Source of the DNA: Pseudomonadota bacterium
GTDB lineage: Bacteria; Pseudomonadota; Gammaproteobacteria; Burkholderiales; Burkholderiaceae_C
Direction: 5' to 3'
Length of the DNA stretch: 64,000 nt
Assembly (NCBI GenBank): GCA_040384785.1
Contig: JAZKIR010000020.1
Coordinates: 3,152 to 67,151 of the forward strand
The notes under the pieces are model-generated. The model did no database searches and was not told the DNA's origin. It saw only the letters and a program-made list of their open reading frames with translations. The stretch's first letter is position 1. Every line of letters starts with the position of its first letter. Below are positions 43,808-57,316 of the stretch, in pieces. Position numbers and translations under genes: made by a program.

Positions 43808-44674
43808 ATGATCCGCACTACCGTACTCGCCACCTCGCTGGCCATTGCCTTCACCAGCGCCCAAGCCGCCCAACCGCTGACCGTTAAGGTCTACAACGCC
43901 GACGGTGCCAGCTTCAACGTCACCTCCACGCTGGTCTATGGCGAAAAAGACGCGCTGGTCATCGACGCCGGTTTCACCCGAGCCGACGCGTTGCGCATTG
44001 CGGCCAACGTGCTCGACAGCGGCAAACAGCTCACCACTATCTATGTGAGCCAGGCCGACCCCGACTACTACTTCGGCGTGGAGACCCTGAAAGAGTTCTT
44101 CCCCCAGGCCGACGTGGTCAGCAGCCCCGCCGTACTGGAAAAACTGAACGCCAAACTGGCCGGCAAGGTCGCGTTCTGGGGCCCCAAGATGGGTGCCAAC
44201 GCGCCGCGCAAACCGGTGGTGCCGCGTGCGCTGGAAGGCAACACCTTGACGCTGGAAGGCCAGACGATTGAGATCCGCGGCACACAAGGCCCGCTGGCCC
44301 ATCGCCCGTATGCATGGATCCCGTCCCTGAAGGCCATCGTCGGCAACATCGGCGTGTTTGGCAACATGCACGTGTGGACCGCCGACACCCAAACGCCGGC
44401 CCTGCGCGCCGCCTGGGTGGCGCAGCTGGACGAGATGGCTGCGCTCAAGCCCGTGCTGGTTGTGCCCGGCCACATGAAGGCCGGCACCGCGGTCGACGCC
44501 AGCGCCATCGCCTTCACCAAGGACTATTTGCAGACCTTTGAAAAGAATCTGGCCGCCAACACAACCAGCGCCACGCTGATTGGGGCCATGAAGCAGTCCT
44601 ACCCGCTGGTGACCGATGGTGCGATGTCGCTGGACATTGGCGCCAAGGTCAACACCGGCGAGATGAAGTGGTAA
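43808..44674 (+). CDS. Secreted MBL-fold metallo-hydrolase
   Basis: Signal peptide; LVIDAGF, SQADPDYYFG (variant HxHxDH) and VVPGH motifs. Confidence 0.8.
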   Translation: MIRTTVLATSLAIAFTSAQAAQPLTVKVYNADGASFNVTSTLVYGEKDALVIDAGFTRADALRIAANVLDSGKQLTTIYVSQADPDYYFGVETLKEFFPQADVVSSPAVLEKLNAKLAGKVAFWGPKMGANAPRKPVVPRALEGNTLTLEGQTIEIRGTQGPLAHRPYAWIPSLKAIVGNIGVFGNMHVWTADTQTPALRAAWVAQLDEMAALKPVLVVPGHMKAGTAVDASAIAFTKDYLQTFEKNLAANTTSATLIGAMKQSYPLVTDGAMSLDIGAKVNTGEMKW

Positions 44675-44710
44675 GCCATTGATCAACAGCAACCCAAATC
44701 GGAGTCAACC

Positions 44711-45151
44711 ATGAAACCCGTCAAAACCCTACTCGTCGCAGCGTCCCTCGTGGCCCTCTTCTCAGCCAGCGCCTTTGCCCAGACCAACAAAGAGGTCGTC
44801 GTGGCTGGCATGAAAGGCCTGTTCATCACACGCGACGTGTCCGTCATTGACAAGTACTGGTCCCCCAGCTACGTTCAGCACAATCCGGCAGTGCCGAACG
44901 GTTCCGCTGTGCTCAAGGGATGGGTAGGCAGTCTGGGTCCCGATTTCAAGTACGAGCCCGGCATGGTGGTCGCCGAAGGTGACTTGGTCATGTTGCATGG
45001 CCGTTACACGGGCATGGGTCCCAAAGCCATGGTTGGCGTAGACATCTTCCGTCTTGCCAACGGAAAAATTGTGGAGCACTGGGACGTGTTGCAAGAAGAG
45101 ACGGTGAAGACCGCCAGTGGCAACCCCATGTTTTCCAACCCACAAAAGTAA
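44711..45151 (+). CDS. SnoaL-like/NTF2 family protein with signal peptide
   Basis: YVQHNP, VAEGDLVMLH and DIFRLANGKIVEHWDV motifs. Confidence 0.8.
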   Translation: MKPVKTLLVAASLVALFSASAFAQTNKEVVVAGMKGLFITRDVSVIDKYWSPSYVQHNPAVPNGSAVLKGWVGSLGPDFKYEPGMVVAEGDLVMLHGRYTGMGPKAMVGVDIFRLANGKIVEHWDVLQEETVKTASGNPMFSNPQK

Positions 45152-45163
45152 TTGGATAAACCC

Positions 45164-45799
45164 ATGCACACCACTGTTACGTATCTGTTCGACCCCCTGT
45201 GCGGCTGGTGCTACGGCGCGTCGCCCGCGATCCAGCAACTGGGAAAACATGCCAATATCCAGCTGGAGCTGGCCCCATCCGGCTTGTTTGCCGGCGGCGG
45301 GCGCACCATGGATGCGGCCTTTGCGGACTACGCGTGGTCGAATGACGTGCGCATTGAAAAGCTGACGGGCCAGCGCTTCACCGAGGACTATCGCAGCAAG
45401 GTGCTGGGCCAGCTCGGCAGCGCCTTTGACTCGGCCGCCACGACGCTGGCCTTGACCGCCGTGTCCTTGACCGCGCCACAGCGCGAGCTGGACACGCTGA
45501 AGGCTTTGCAGGAAGCGCGCTACGTGCAGGGTCTGGACACCTGCGACGTGTTGGTGGTGGAGACACTGCTGCGCGACCTGGGGCTGGCTGTTGCCGCGGA
45601 CCGTTTGGCCGCAAGCGACGCCGAGCTGCTGGCCGCCAACGCCGCGCGCATCCAGACGGCGCGGGGCCTGATGCAGACCTTTGGCGTGCAGGGTGTGCCG
45701 GCCCTGGTGGTCACTGATGGCAAGGGGAGTCGGCTGTTGCGTGGCGATGCGCTGTACGGCAATGTCGACAAGCTGCTCAGCCAAATCGCTGTGGCCTGA
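45164..45799 (+). CDS. DsbA/FrnE-like thioredoxin-fold protein
   Basis: FDPLCGWCYG CxxC and GVQGVP cis-Pro motifs. Confidence 0.8.
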   Translation: MHTTVTYLFDPLCGWCYGASPAIQQLGKHANIQLELAPSGLFAGGGRTMDAAFADYAWSNDVRIEKLTGQRFTEDYRSKVLGQLGSAFDSAATTLALTAVSLTAPQRELDTLKALQEARYVQGLDTCDVLVVETLLRDLGLAVAADRLAASDAELLAANAARIQTARGLMQTFGVQGVPALVVTDGKGSRLLRGDALYGNVDKLLSQIAVA

Positions 45800-45843
45800 A
45801 CATCGTTGCGGAACCTGTCGTACGCGAACAGAAAGAGCTTGCC

Positions 45844-46095
45844 ATGACCATTCTTCACCAAGTCCTGGTTCACCAGCGCGCGGGGCTTTGGCGCGAGGCG
45901 CACAACCTGGTGCAAAGCGACGACTCGGAACTGGCAGCCTGGCTGCACGGCATCCTGCACATTCAAGAGGGCGACCTGGAAGATGCCGAGTATTGGTACG
46001 GCAAGGCCAACCGGCACTTCCGCAGCCGCGGCAGTTTGGACGAAGAGCTGGAACGCTTCGAGGCAGCGTTGCTGCTTGCCGATGGCTCGGCATAA
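45844..46095 (+). CDS. Small conserved hypothetical protein
   Basis: 83 aa; the AHNLVQ...WLHGILHIQEGD...AEYWY pattern looks like a conserved family. Confidence 0.6.
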   Translation: MTILHQVLVHQRAGLWREAHNLVQSDDSELAAWLHGILHIQEGDLEDAEYWYGKANRHFRSRGSLDEELERFEAALLLADGSA

Positions 46096-46136
46096 CAGGC
46101 CGCGTTGTCCAACACCTATTGAACAGAAAGACAGAT

Positions 46137-46526
46137 ATGCGCAACAACTACGACATTGTCAAAGACCACTACGCGGCCTCTGCGCGCGGAGACATCGCCG
46201 CCATGTTTGCCAACGTTTCAGAAACAGTTGAGTGGACCGAGATGGCGGGCTTTCCCTGCGCCGGCACATGGGTCGGCCCGCAAGCGGTGATGGACAACGT
46301 ATTCAAGGTCCTGGGCTCCGCGTGGGAGAACTACCGTTTCGAATTGGAACATTTGGTGGACGGTGGCGATGCCATCGTTGGCATCGGCACCTACTCGGGC
46401 ACCTACCGCGCAACCGGCAAACCCATGCAGGCAAGGGTCGCGCACGTGTGGCGCCTTGACTCTGGAAAGGTCATTCGATTCGAGCAGTTTACGGACACGC
46501 TGTTGGTTGCGAACGCGATGCGTTGA
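46137..46526 (+). CDS. SnoaL-like/NTF2 family protein
   Basis: VEWTEMAGFP, HVWRLDSGKVIRFEQFTDT motifs. Confidence 0.8.
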   Translation: MRNNYDIVKDHYAASARGDIAAMFANVSETVEWTEMAGFPCAGTWVGPQAVMDNVFKVLGSAWENYRFELEHLVDGGDAIVGIGTYSGTYRATGKPMQARVAHVWRLDSGKVIRFEQFTDTLLVANAMR

Positions 46527-46737
46527 TGGCAAGGCGAACACTGGTGCTCAATGTCTCTTGGGGAAGCCCTGGCATCAATAACTCCTGATTTGATAGCGAC
46601 TTACGCATATTTCACGGGAGCAAGCGGCAATTTTTATCATCAGACTCCTGCGAATGGCGTGGAGTGCCTTGTGGTCCACGGCTTACTGTGTGGCGGCACA
46701 TAACTAGTGGCCAAGGCGAAGCGCTTGGCCCCAGAGA

Positions 46738-47754
46738 TCAATGCTTGATCACCACTTTTCCGAAAACACTGCGGGTCACCAGTCGCTCGAACGCGAGCTT
46801 GGCATCGTCGAATGTGTAGCGGCTGTCGATGGTGGGGCTGATCTTGTGTTCCGTGATGAACCACACAAGGTCTTCGAGGTCTTTGCGGCTGCCAAGAGCG
46901 ATGGGGCGGTAGAGCGCCTGACTCATGAACATGGACATGAATTCGACCGACCCCTGTAGGCCTGCCAGCACGCCCACCATCGAGACCTGCCCGCCCACGG
47001 CGATCGCCTTGATCGATTGTTCGAAGGTACCTGGCCCGCCCACTTCAACAATGCGGTTCACGCCATTTCCGCCCGTCATCTCTCGCACCTGTTGCGACCA
47101 TTCTGGTCGGGTCTTGTAGTTGATCGTCTCGTCGGCGCCGAGTGCTTTGAGCTGCTCGGCCTTCGCATCGCTCGACGTGGTGGCGATGACTCGGGCACCC
47201 ATGGCTTTTGCCAACTGGATGGCGAACAGAGAAACGCCACCGGTGCCTTGCGTGAGAACCGTGTCGCCCGCCTTCACACCCTTGACGGCTGACCAGGCGG
47301 TGACTCCCGCGCATGGCAGCGTGGCTGCTTCGTCGAAGCTGAGTGCGTCTGGAATGCGGATCAAGGCTTCGGCGGATACTGCGCGGTAGTCGGTCAACCA
47401 GCCATCTTCATACGACGCGTATTGAGAGTATTTTCCGGTATACGGTCCATCAATCCAGTCTGGGAAGAAGGCGTTGGTGACCCGATCACCCACGCTGAAC
47501 CGCGTGACGCCCTCGCCGACGGCCACGACTTCTCCGGCGCCATCCGAGAGTGGAATTCGGCCTGATGGAATGGGGACGGAATAGTTTCCTTCCAGAATGA
47601 GGATATCCCGATAGTTCAGCGATGACGCACGCACGTTCACGAGCACTTCGCCTGGTGCCGGCGTGGGGATGGGCATCGAATCTTTGGCCAAGCCGTCGAT
47701 GCCAATGGGTTTTTCGATGCGAAAAGCGCGGGATTGCTTAGTTGAAGTGATCAC
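46738..47754 (-). CDS. NAD(P)-dependent MDR-family alcohol dehydrogenase/quinone reductase
   Basis: SLNYRD, SDGAGEV, TLPCAGVTAW, QGTGGVS and GKVVI motifs. Confidence 0.9.
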   Translation of the reverse strand: MITSTKQSRAFRIEKPIGIDGLAKDSMPIPTPAPGEVLVNVRASSLNYRDILILEGNYSVPIPSGRIPLSDGAGEVVAVGEGVTRFSVGDRVTNAFFPDWIDGPYTGKYSQYASYEDGWLTDYRAVSAEALIRIPDALSFDEAATLPCAGVTAWSAVKGVKAGDTVLTQGTGGVSLFAIQLAKAMGARVIATTSSDAKAEQLKALGADETINYKTRPEWSQQVREMTGGNGVNRIVEVGGPGTFEQSIKAIAVGGQVSMVGVLAGLQGSVEFMSMFMSQALYRPIALGSRKDLEDLVWFITEHKISPTIDSRYTFDDAKLAFERLVTRSVFGKVVIKH

Positions 47755-47839
47755 AAATTTTCCTTAAAAGACGAAGAGCCGTATCTTTATCCATAAGGTG
47801 TCTCTTGAGAATCCCGCCTAAAGTGATCATACTGTGTAG

Positions 47840-48745
47840 ATGAACTACACAATTGCTCGAGGTGATTTGGATGGGGTGGTGGTGTTCCTGGCAGTGGCAG
47901 AGGAACGCGGTTTCCGTGCCGCTGCGAGGCGCCTGGGCGTTACACCATCGGCAATCAGCCAAGCGATCCGATCCTTCGAGGACCGCGTGGGTGTTGCCTT
48001 GTTGGTCCGCACAACCCGGAGCGTCGGATTGACAGAGGCCGGTGAGCGGCTGTTACTCCAGGTACGACCCGCAGCGCAACAGGTACTGCAAGGAATAGAG
48101 TCCGCGCGCAGTTTGGCCAACTCGGTCACCGGCCTGCTGCGCATCAGTGTGCCAAAGGCCAGCGTACCCATGCTGACCGAACGCTTTGTTGCGGGATTCC
48201 TGATCGCGAATCCCAGGCTTCAACTGGAGTTGATCGGTGATGACCGCTTGGTGGACATCATCGCTGAAGGGTGTGACGCGGGTGTGCGCCCCCGCTCCTT
48301 TGTACAGGCGGACATGGTTGCAGTCCCACTAACCGCCGAAGAACCGCAGGTGGTCGTCGGCTCGCCATCGCTGCTGGCACGCTACGGCCGCCCTTCACAA
48401 CCGGACGACATTCGAAATATTCCGTGCATTGCCTTTCGGCAGGCCGACATTGTTCAGAACGAATGGGCGTTCAATGTGGTGGGTGAACGCCGCGCTGTCC
48501 CCATTCGCGGCCCATTGATACTGGACGATGTGGCAGCCTGCATCCAGGCAGCTGAGCAGGGGGTGGGGCTGTTCAGGCTTCCGCGCTCTGTCGTGGCACG
48601 CAACATCCACGCGGGAACACTGGAGGTCGTTTTGGATGCCTTCGCCGTTGCATTTCCTGGGTTGGCACTGTATTACCCCAACCGGCGAACCGTTCTTCCG
48701 AAGTTGCGAGCATTTATTGACTATGTATTGTCCAACGGGCTTTGA
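47840..48745 (+). CDS. LysR family regulator
   Basis: HTH plus RTTRSV; divergent from the MDR gene. Confidence 0.92.
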   Translation: MNYTIARGDLDGVVVFLAVAEERGFRAAARRLGVTPSAISQAIRSFEDRVGVALLVRTTRSVGLTEAGERLLLQVRPAAQQVLQGIESARSLANSVTGLLRISVPKASVPMLTERFVAGFLIANPRLQLELIGDDRLVDIIAEGCDAGVRPRSFVQADMVAVPLTAEEPQVVVGSPSLLARYGRPSQPDDIRNIPCIAFRQADIVQNEWAFNVVGERRAVPIRGPLILDDVAACIQAAEQGVGLFRLPRSVVARNIHAGTLEVVLDAFAVAFPGLALYYPNRRTVLPKLRAFIDYVLSNGL

Positions 48746-48939
48746 AGTGCAAGCGCCATGTGATTACTTTCCGCCGTAATAGCGCCGATCACTTTTGCAA
48801 GCTGTCTGCTCACCGTGATGAAGGCGTGCCCCAGCTGAACGAGCGGCCACCACACATGGGGCAAAGCCAAGAGAACCATTCATAGATAGGGTCCCAGCTG
48901 TTGATGGAAAAGTGTCAGCAAGCGGCGAAGCCCACTTCT

Positions 48940-52792
<3,853 letters not shown>

Positions 52793-52796
<4 letters not shown>

Positions 52797-53092
52797 TTGG
52801 AGATGACGGTTGCGAGCTTCATGGCAATCTGCATGTTGCCATCAACCTGCATTTTGCCGCCCATGAATGCTTTGGTCGGGTCCAGCGCTCCCTTCAGCAT
52901 CTCCTTGAAGTTCGCTGCGGACAGCGTCATGGTTGTCTCTGGCTTTTCTGAACATTCGCTGCTTAGCTTGACTTCACCGGAGCGGGTGTCAAGAAAGAGG
53001 CTGCCGTCGGGGCTTAAGTCGAAGTGGACCAATATGGGGCCGACTGGCGTTGCCATTGCCTTGGTGCTTAAAAGTTCTGCAAGTTCATTCAT
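52793..53092 (-). CDS. SCP2 sterol/lipid-binding domain protein
   Basis: AFMGGKMQVDGNMQIAMKL motif. Confidence 0.85.
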
Positions 53093-53363
53093 TGGGAATC
53101 TCGTTCAGTGAGTTGTGGTTAATTGATAGGCGCAGCTCCACAACGGAGGGTGCTGCCCGGCGCTGTGTCAAATACTTGAATGAGTCTTCTATGTTCAGTT
53201 CAATATTCAATTAGTGGAATATGCCATAAATATACTATTGATGCAATGGCTCCTGTTCTTTGGGACTTAGCCTGATGGTTTTGGCTGTTTGTGTGGATGA
53301 CGAATGGCTGCCCGAAGGTGGCCGCCTGCTATGCTCCAGCCTGTCTCATCAAGCGCCGCAACA

Positions 53364-53915
53364 ATGTCCCTCGCCCACGCCATCCTGGTCTGTCTCGTTG
53401 ATGAACCCATGACCGGGTACGAACTGGCGAAACGCTTTGACAGCTCAGTAGGTTTTTTTTGGCGCGCCAATCATCAGCAGATTTATCGTGAATTGACCCT
53501 GCTTGGCGAGAAGGCCTATGTGAAGGGCAAGCTTGTCAACCAGGTAGGGAAACCAAACAAGACGGTTTTCTCCGTCACGAAAGCTGGTAAGGATGTGCTC
53601 TGGAAATGGAGCCAAGAGTCAACGCCGCCGGCCTCCATAAAAGAGGAGCTGATGTTGAAGTTCTATGCGCTATCAGCTGTGGACACGAAGGCACTTGCCG
53701 AGCAGCTGGTTCAGCGGATGGAGGAACACCGGGAGCGACTGGAGCTCTACCAGCAGATACTGAACAAGACCTACAAAGACGCGAGCAGCCTTGACTTGGC
53801 CGCAACTGGGCGGCTGCTCGGACTCAAAGCAGGACTTAGCCTTGAGCGCAACTGGATTGAGTGGGGCACGGAAGCGCTTGAGGCACTCAAGCGCTTTGAA
53901 GGTCTTAAGCCCTGA
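53364..53915 (+). CDS. PadR family regulator
   Basis: MSLAHAIL, TGYELAKRF and QIYREL motifs. Confidence 0.9.
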   Translation: MSLAHAILVCLVDEPMTGYELAKRFDSSVGFFWRANHQQIYRELTLLGEKAYVKGKLVNQVGKPNKTVFSVTKAGKDVLWKWSQESTPPASIKEELMLKFYALSAVDTKALAEQLVQRMEEHRERLELYQQILNKTYKDASSLDLAATGRLLGLKAGLSLERNWIEWGTEALEALKRFEGLKP

Positions 53916-54175
53916 TCAAATTGGCAACTGCGGCGGACTGAGCGCCAGCAAGTTGCATCTTGGCAAGCAGGCGGCCCATCGTTCAAACAACTGCTGTTCC
54001 ATGAAAGCAGGTTCGTAAGCGCCCAGGCAGGCTTGATTGCGGTATGCCGTTCCTGTGGACTCCATGCCTGCCTCTCATTGATAGGTATACATGCGTTCAT
54101 TGTGAGAACTGAATGGCCGTGTCAAGCGCGGAAGCAACTGCCCCACGCCAACAGGGCAGCCGCTGACCCCGCAAA

Positions 54176-55156
54176 TCAGTTCTTCAGAAAGTCCAGCAAA
54201 TCCTGGTTCAGCCTGTCCTTGTGGGTATCGGTGATGCCGTGGGGTGCGCCGGCGTAGATAACCAGTTTCGCGTTCTTGACCAGCTTGGCAGCGGCGCGGG
54301 CCGAGGCGTCGATGGGGACGATCTGGTCGTCGTCGCCGTGCACGATCAGCGTGGGCACGTTGAACTTCTTCAGGTCCTCGCGGAAGTCCGTGGCCGAGAA
54401 GGCCGCGATGGAGTCGTAGGTGTTCTTGTGCCCGCCCTGCATGCCTTGCGCCCAGAACGACTGGATCATGCCCTGCGAGGCCTTGGCGCCCGGGCGATTG
54501 AAACCAAAGAACGGACCCGACGCGATGTCGAGGTAAAGCTGCGAACGGTTGTCGAGTGAACCCTTGCGGATGCCATCGAATACTTCCAGCGGCAGACCGT
54601 CTGGGTAGGTGTCGGTCTTGAGCATCAGCGGGGTGACGGCAGACACCAGCGCAACCTTGCTGATACGCGCCGTGCCATGGCGGCCAATGTAGCGTGCCAC
54701 TTCACCGCCGCCGGTCGAGAAGCCGACCAGGGTCACGTTCTTCAGATTCAAGGTGTTGATCACGGTCGCCAGATCGTCGGCGTAGTGGTCCATGTCATTG
54801 CCGTCCCAGGGCTGGCTGGAACGGCCGTGGCCACGGCGGTCATGTGCGACGACGCGGTAGCCTTTGGATGCAAGAAACACCATCTGCGATTCCCAACTGT
54901 CCGAACTCAGCGGCCAGCCATGGCTGAAGGTCACGACCGGGCCATTTTTCGGACCCCAGTCCTTGTAGTAGAGCTGCACGCCGTCGCGCGTGGTGATGGT
55001 GCTGGCCGTCTTGGCGATGCCCGCAGTGGCTTGCGCAACCGGGCTTGTTGACTTGGCGGCGGCTGCCATCGCAGAGGCCATGCTCAGAGAGGTGGCGAGT
55101 GCCATGGAGAGTGCAGCTGCGAGTGCACTCAGCTTGCGGCGGGAGAGGTGGTTCAT
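54176..55156 (-). CDS. cpo: Non-heme chloroperoxidase-like alpha/beta hydrolase with an N-terminal signal
   Basis: [26 protein letters not shown] and GAPHG motifs. Confidence 0.85.
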   Translation of the reverse strand: MNHLSRRKLSALAAALSMALATSLSMASAMAAAAKSTSPVAQATAGIAKTASTITTRDGVQLYYKDWGPKNGPVVTFSHGWPLSSDSWESQMVFLASKGYRVVAHDRRGHGRSSQPWDGNDMDHYADDLATVINTLNLKNVTLVGFSTGGGEVARYIGRHGTARISKVALVSAVTPLMLKTDTYPDGLPLEVFDGIRKGSLDNRSQLYLDIASGPFFGFNRPGAKASQGMIQSFWAQGMQGGHKNTYDSIAAFSATDFREDLKKFNVPTLIVHGDDDQIVPIDASARAAAKLVKNAKLVIYAGAPHGITDTHKDRLNQDLLDFLKN

Positions 55157-55280
55157 GGTGCTTTTTCCAGTAAAAAAAGAAAGGGCAGATGGGGCAGTGC
55201 CGGTTGGCAGCATGAATTGTCCGCGCCTATTCGATACCAATTGCTATAATAAGTATCAATAAATTGATCTGGAGTATTTT

Positions 55281-56120
55281 GTGATGGCTGTTGACGGGGA
55301 TCGACTGGCTGCGCTGCTGGACCACTTCTCCATCACCGCGCGCACCTTCCACACGGGCATGCTGTGTGGCAGCAATGGCTTGCAGGGCGAGGCCGGCGTT
55401 GGACAACTCCACTTGGTCCGGCAGGGAGCGGTTGAGGTCTTCCACGGCGCAGTGCTCGCCACGCGTATCACCGAGCCCAGCCTGCTGCTTTACCCGCGCC
55501 CGCTGGCGCACCGGTTTGTCACCGACTCCGAGCACGGCGCAGCGTTCGCATGCGCGAACCTGCTGTTCGATGGCGGCCCTGCCAATCCGGTCGCCATGGC
55601 GCTGCCGGATTTCGTCTGCCTGCCGCTGTCTGCCTTGCCGGGGGCCGCGCCGGTGCTGGAGCTACTCTTCGAAGAGGCCTTCGCCCGCAACTGCGGACGC
55701 CAGGCCATGTTGGACCGTTTGTTTGAGGCCGTGCTGATCCAGATCCTGCGCTGTCTGATGGAAGACGGCCTAGTGCAAACCGGCATGTTGGCCGGCATGG
55801 CACACCCCCAGTTGCGCCGCGCACTGGTTGCCATACACGAACACCCTGCGCGGGACTGGTCGCTGGAAGAACTTGCAGACCACGCCGGCATGTCGCGCAG
55901 CGTGTTCGCCAACAGCTTTCGCGATCGGATTGGTTGTACGCCAGGGGTCTATCTGCAACGCTGGCGCATCAACCTCGCGCAGCAGGCGATGGTGCGGGGG
56001 CGTGCACTCAAATTTGTCGCCACCGACGTAGGTTATGGCAGCGAAGCCGCCTTCTCACGCGCATTCAAAGCCTGCGCCGGTATCTCACCCGGCCAGTGGC
56101 GCGCCGCACGTCGGGCATAA
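55281..56120 (+). CDS. AraC family regulator (cupin N-terminus)
   Basis: WSLEELADHAGMSRSVF and VGYGSEAAFSRAFK motifs. Confidence 0.9.
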   Translation: MMAVDGDRLAALLDHFSITARTFHTGMLCGSNGLQGEAGVGQLHLVRQGAVEVFHGAVLATRITEPSLLLYPRPLAHRFVTDSEHGAAFACANLLFDGGPANPVAMALPDFVCLPLSALPGAAPVLELLFEEAFARNCGRQAMLDRLFEAVLIQILRCLMEDGLVQTGMLAGMAHPQLRRALVAIHEHPARDWSLEELADHAGMSRSVFANSFRDRIGCTPGVYLQRWRINLAQQAMVRGRALKFVATDVGYGSEAAFSRAFKACAGISPGQWRAARRA

Positions 56121-56361
56121 AGAACACCCGCCTAGCTTGCCGGCGGAGTGGCCCGCTCCAATGGTCGTGACCAAGCGGGAGCATCAGGTGGTGTCGCAGC
56201 GAGTGCAATGAAACGCTTGCTTGACAAAGTCTGTCGCGTCGGCTGGTGTCGTTCTTGCAGTACGACTACCCCGACCGCCACCCAAGCCGGAGCCCGAGCC
56301 CGTGGTCAAGGGCGCTGGTGAAAAGCAGTCAGATAACACGGATGGCTCGAAACCACGACGA

Positions 56362-56390
56362 TTGACGGCGCGTACGTAACAACGTACCAT
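56362..56390 (+). promoter_or_regulatory. sigma70 promoter with overlapping toxin-antitoxin operator
   Basis: TTGACG-N17-TACCAT; GTACG-N6-CGTAC inverted repeat between the boxes. Confidence 0.6.
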
Positions 56391-56416
56391 TAAACTGAAT
56401 TCTGAGGGAAACCCAA

Positions 56417-56659
56417 ATGCAGTCACTTACCGCCAGCGAAGCACGCGCAAATTTATACCGGATCATTGATGAGACGGCGGCATCCCACCAACCGATCATC
56501 ATTTCTGGAAAACGCACAAGTGCCGTTTTGGTGTCGGCTGAAGACTGGAGTGCGATTCAAGAAACCTTGTACTTACTTGCTGTGCCAGGCATGCGTGAAT
56601 CCATCAAGGCAGGTATGGCGGAGCCGTTGGCAAAAAGCGCGAAGGCGCTGAAGTGGTGA
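56417..56659 (+). CDS. yefM: Phd/YefM antitoxin
   Basis: TASEARANLY, VLVSAEDWSAIQETLYLL motifs. Confidence 0.9.
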   Translation: MQSLTASEARANLYRIIDETAASHQPIIISGKRTSAVLVSAEDWSAIQETLYLLAVPGMRESIKAGMAEPLAKSAKALKW

Positions 56660-56919
56660 GTTGGGAGGTCGTTTTTGCCAAGCAGGCACTCAAAGATGCA
56701 AAGAAGATTGCAGCCAGCGGCCTCAAGCCCAAGGCGCAAGAACTGCTTGCGCTTCTTGCCACCAATCCGCTGCAAAACCCACCGCCTTTTGAGAAGTTGG
56801 TCGGAGACCTTGCTGGAGCCTACTCACGCCGCATCAACATCCAGCACCGACTGGTTTACGAGGTGTTCACCAAAGAGAGGGCCGTCCGTGTACTGCGTAT
56901 GTGGACCCACTATGAGTGA
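56653..56919 (+). CDS. yoeB: Txe/YoeB toxin
   Basis: PPPFEKLVGDL, YSRRINIQHRLVY and MWTHYE motifs. Confidence 0.92.
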   Translation: MVSWEVVFAKQALKDAKKIAASGLKPKAQELLALLATNPLQNPPPFEKLVGDLAGAYSRRINIQHRLVYEVFTKERAVRVLRMWTHYE

Positions 56920-57040
56920 ACGGGCTGACAGGTTGGTCCACGCAGACTGGCACAACAGGCATCAACAACAAACAGGACGCTAGCCCTCGTGGAATAATCG
57001 CAAGCAGCTACTATTTCAATAGCACACCAAGGACCCCATC

Positions 57041-57283
57041 GTGTGCCTAGCCATTCCCGCCCCTATAGTGGAACTCTTGCCGGCACTGCGTGCCGTGGTC
57101 GATCTGGCCGGGGTGCGCTAGGAGGTGTCCATTGATCTGGTGGACGACGCGTAGGTGGGCGTCTACGTGATCATCGATGTGGGCTATGCCATTGGCAAGA
57201 TCGATCGCGAGGAGGTGCAGCGCACGCTGGCGCTGTTTGCAGAAATGGCTCGGGTGGTGAAGGCCAGCCATGAAATATATTGA
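57041..57283 (+). pseudogene. hypC: hypC/hupF hydrogenase maturation chaperone pseudogene
   Basis: Begins MCLAIPA...VVDLAGVR; in-frame TAG stops at 57119 and 57152; later VGYAIGKID. Confidence 0.8.
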
Positions 57284-57305
57284 CGAATTCAGCGATGGAG
57301 ACGGC
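57270..57305 (+). pseudogene. hypD: 5' stub of hypD
   Basis: MKYIDEFSDG directly follows hypC; similarity is then lost. Confidence 0.6.
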
Positions 57306-57316
57306 GCACCCAAGCG

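Noticed and set aside
57119-57154. Amber readthrough or recoding in hypC (both stops are TAG)
   Set aside because: Other conserved residues have also decayed, hypD is truncated, and genuine genes in the window end in TAG; pseudogenisation is the simpler explanation.
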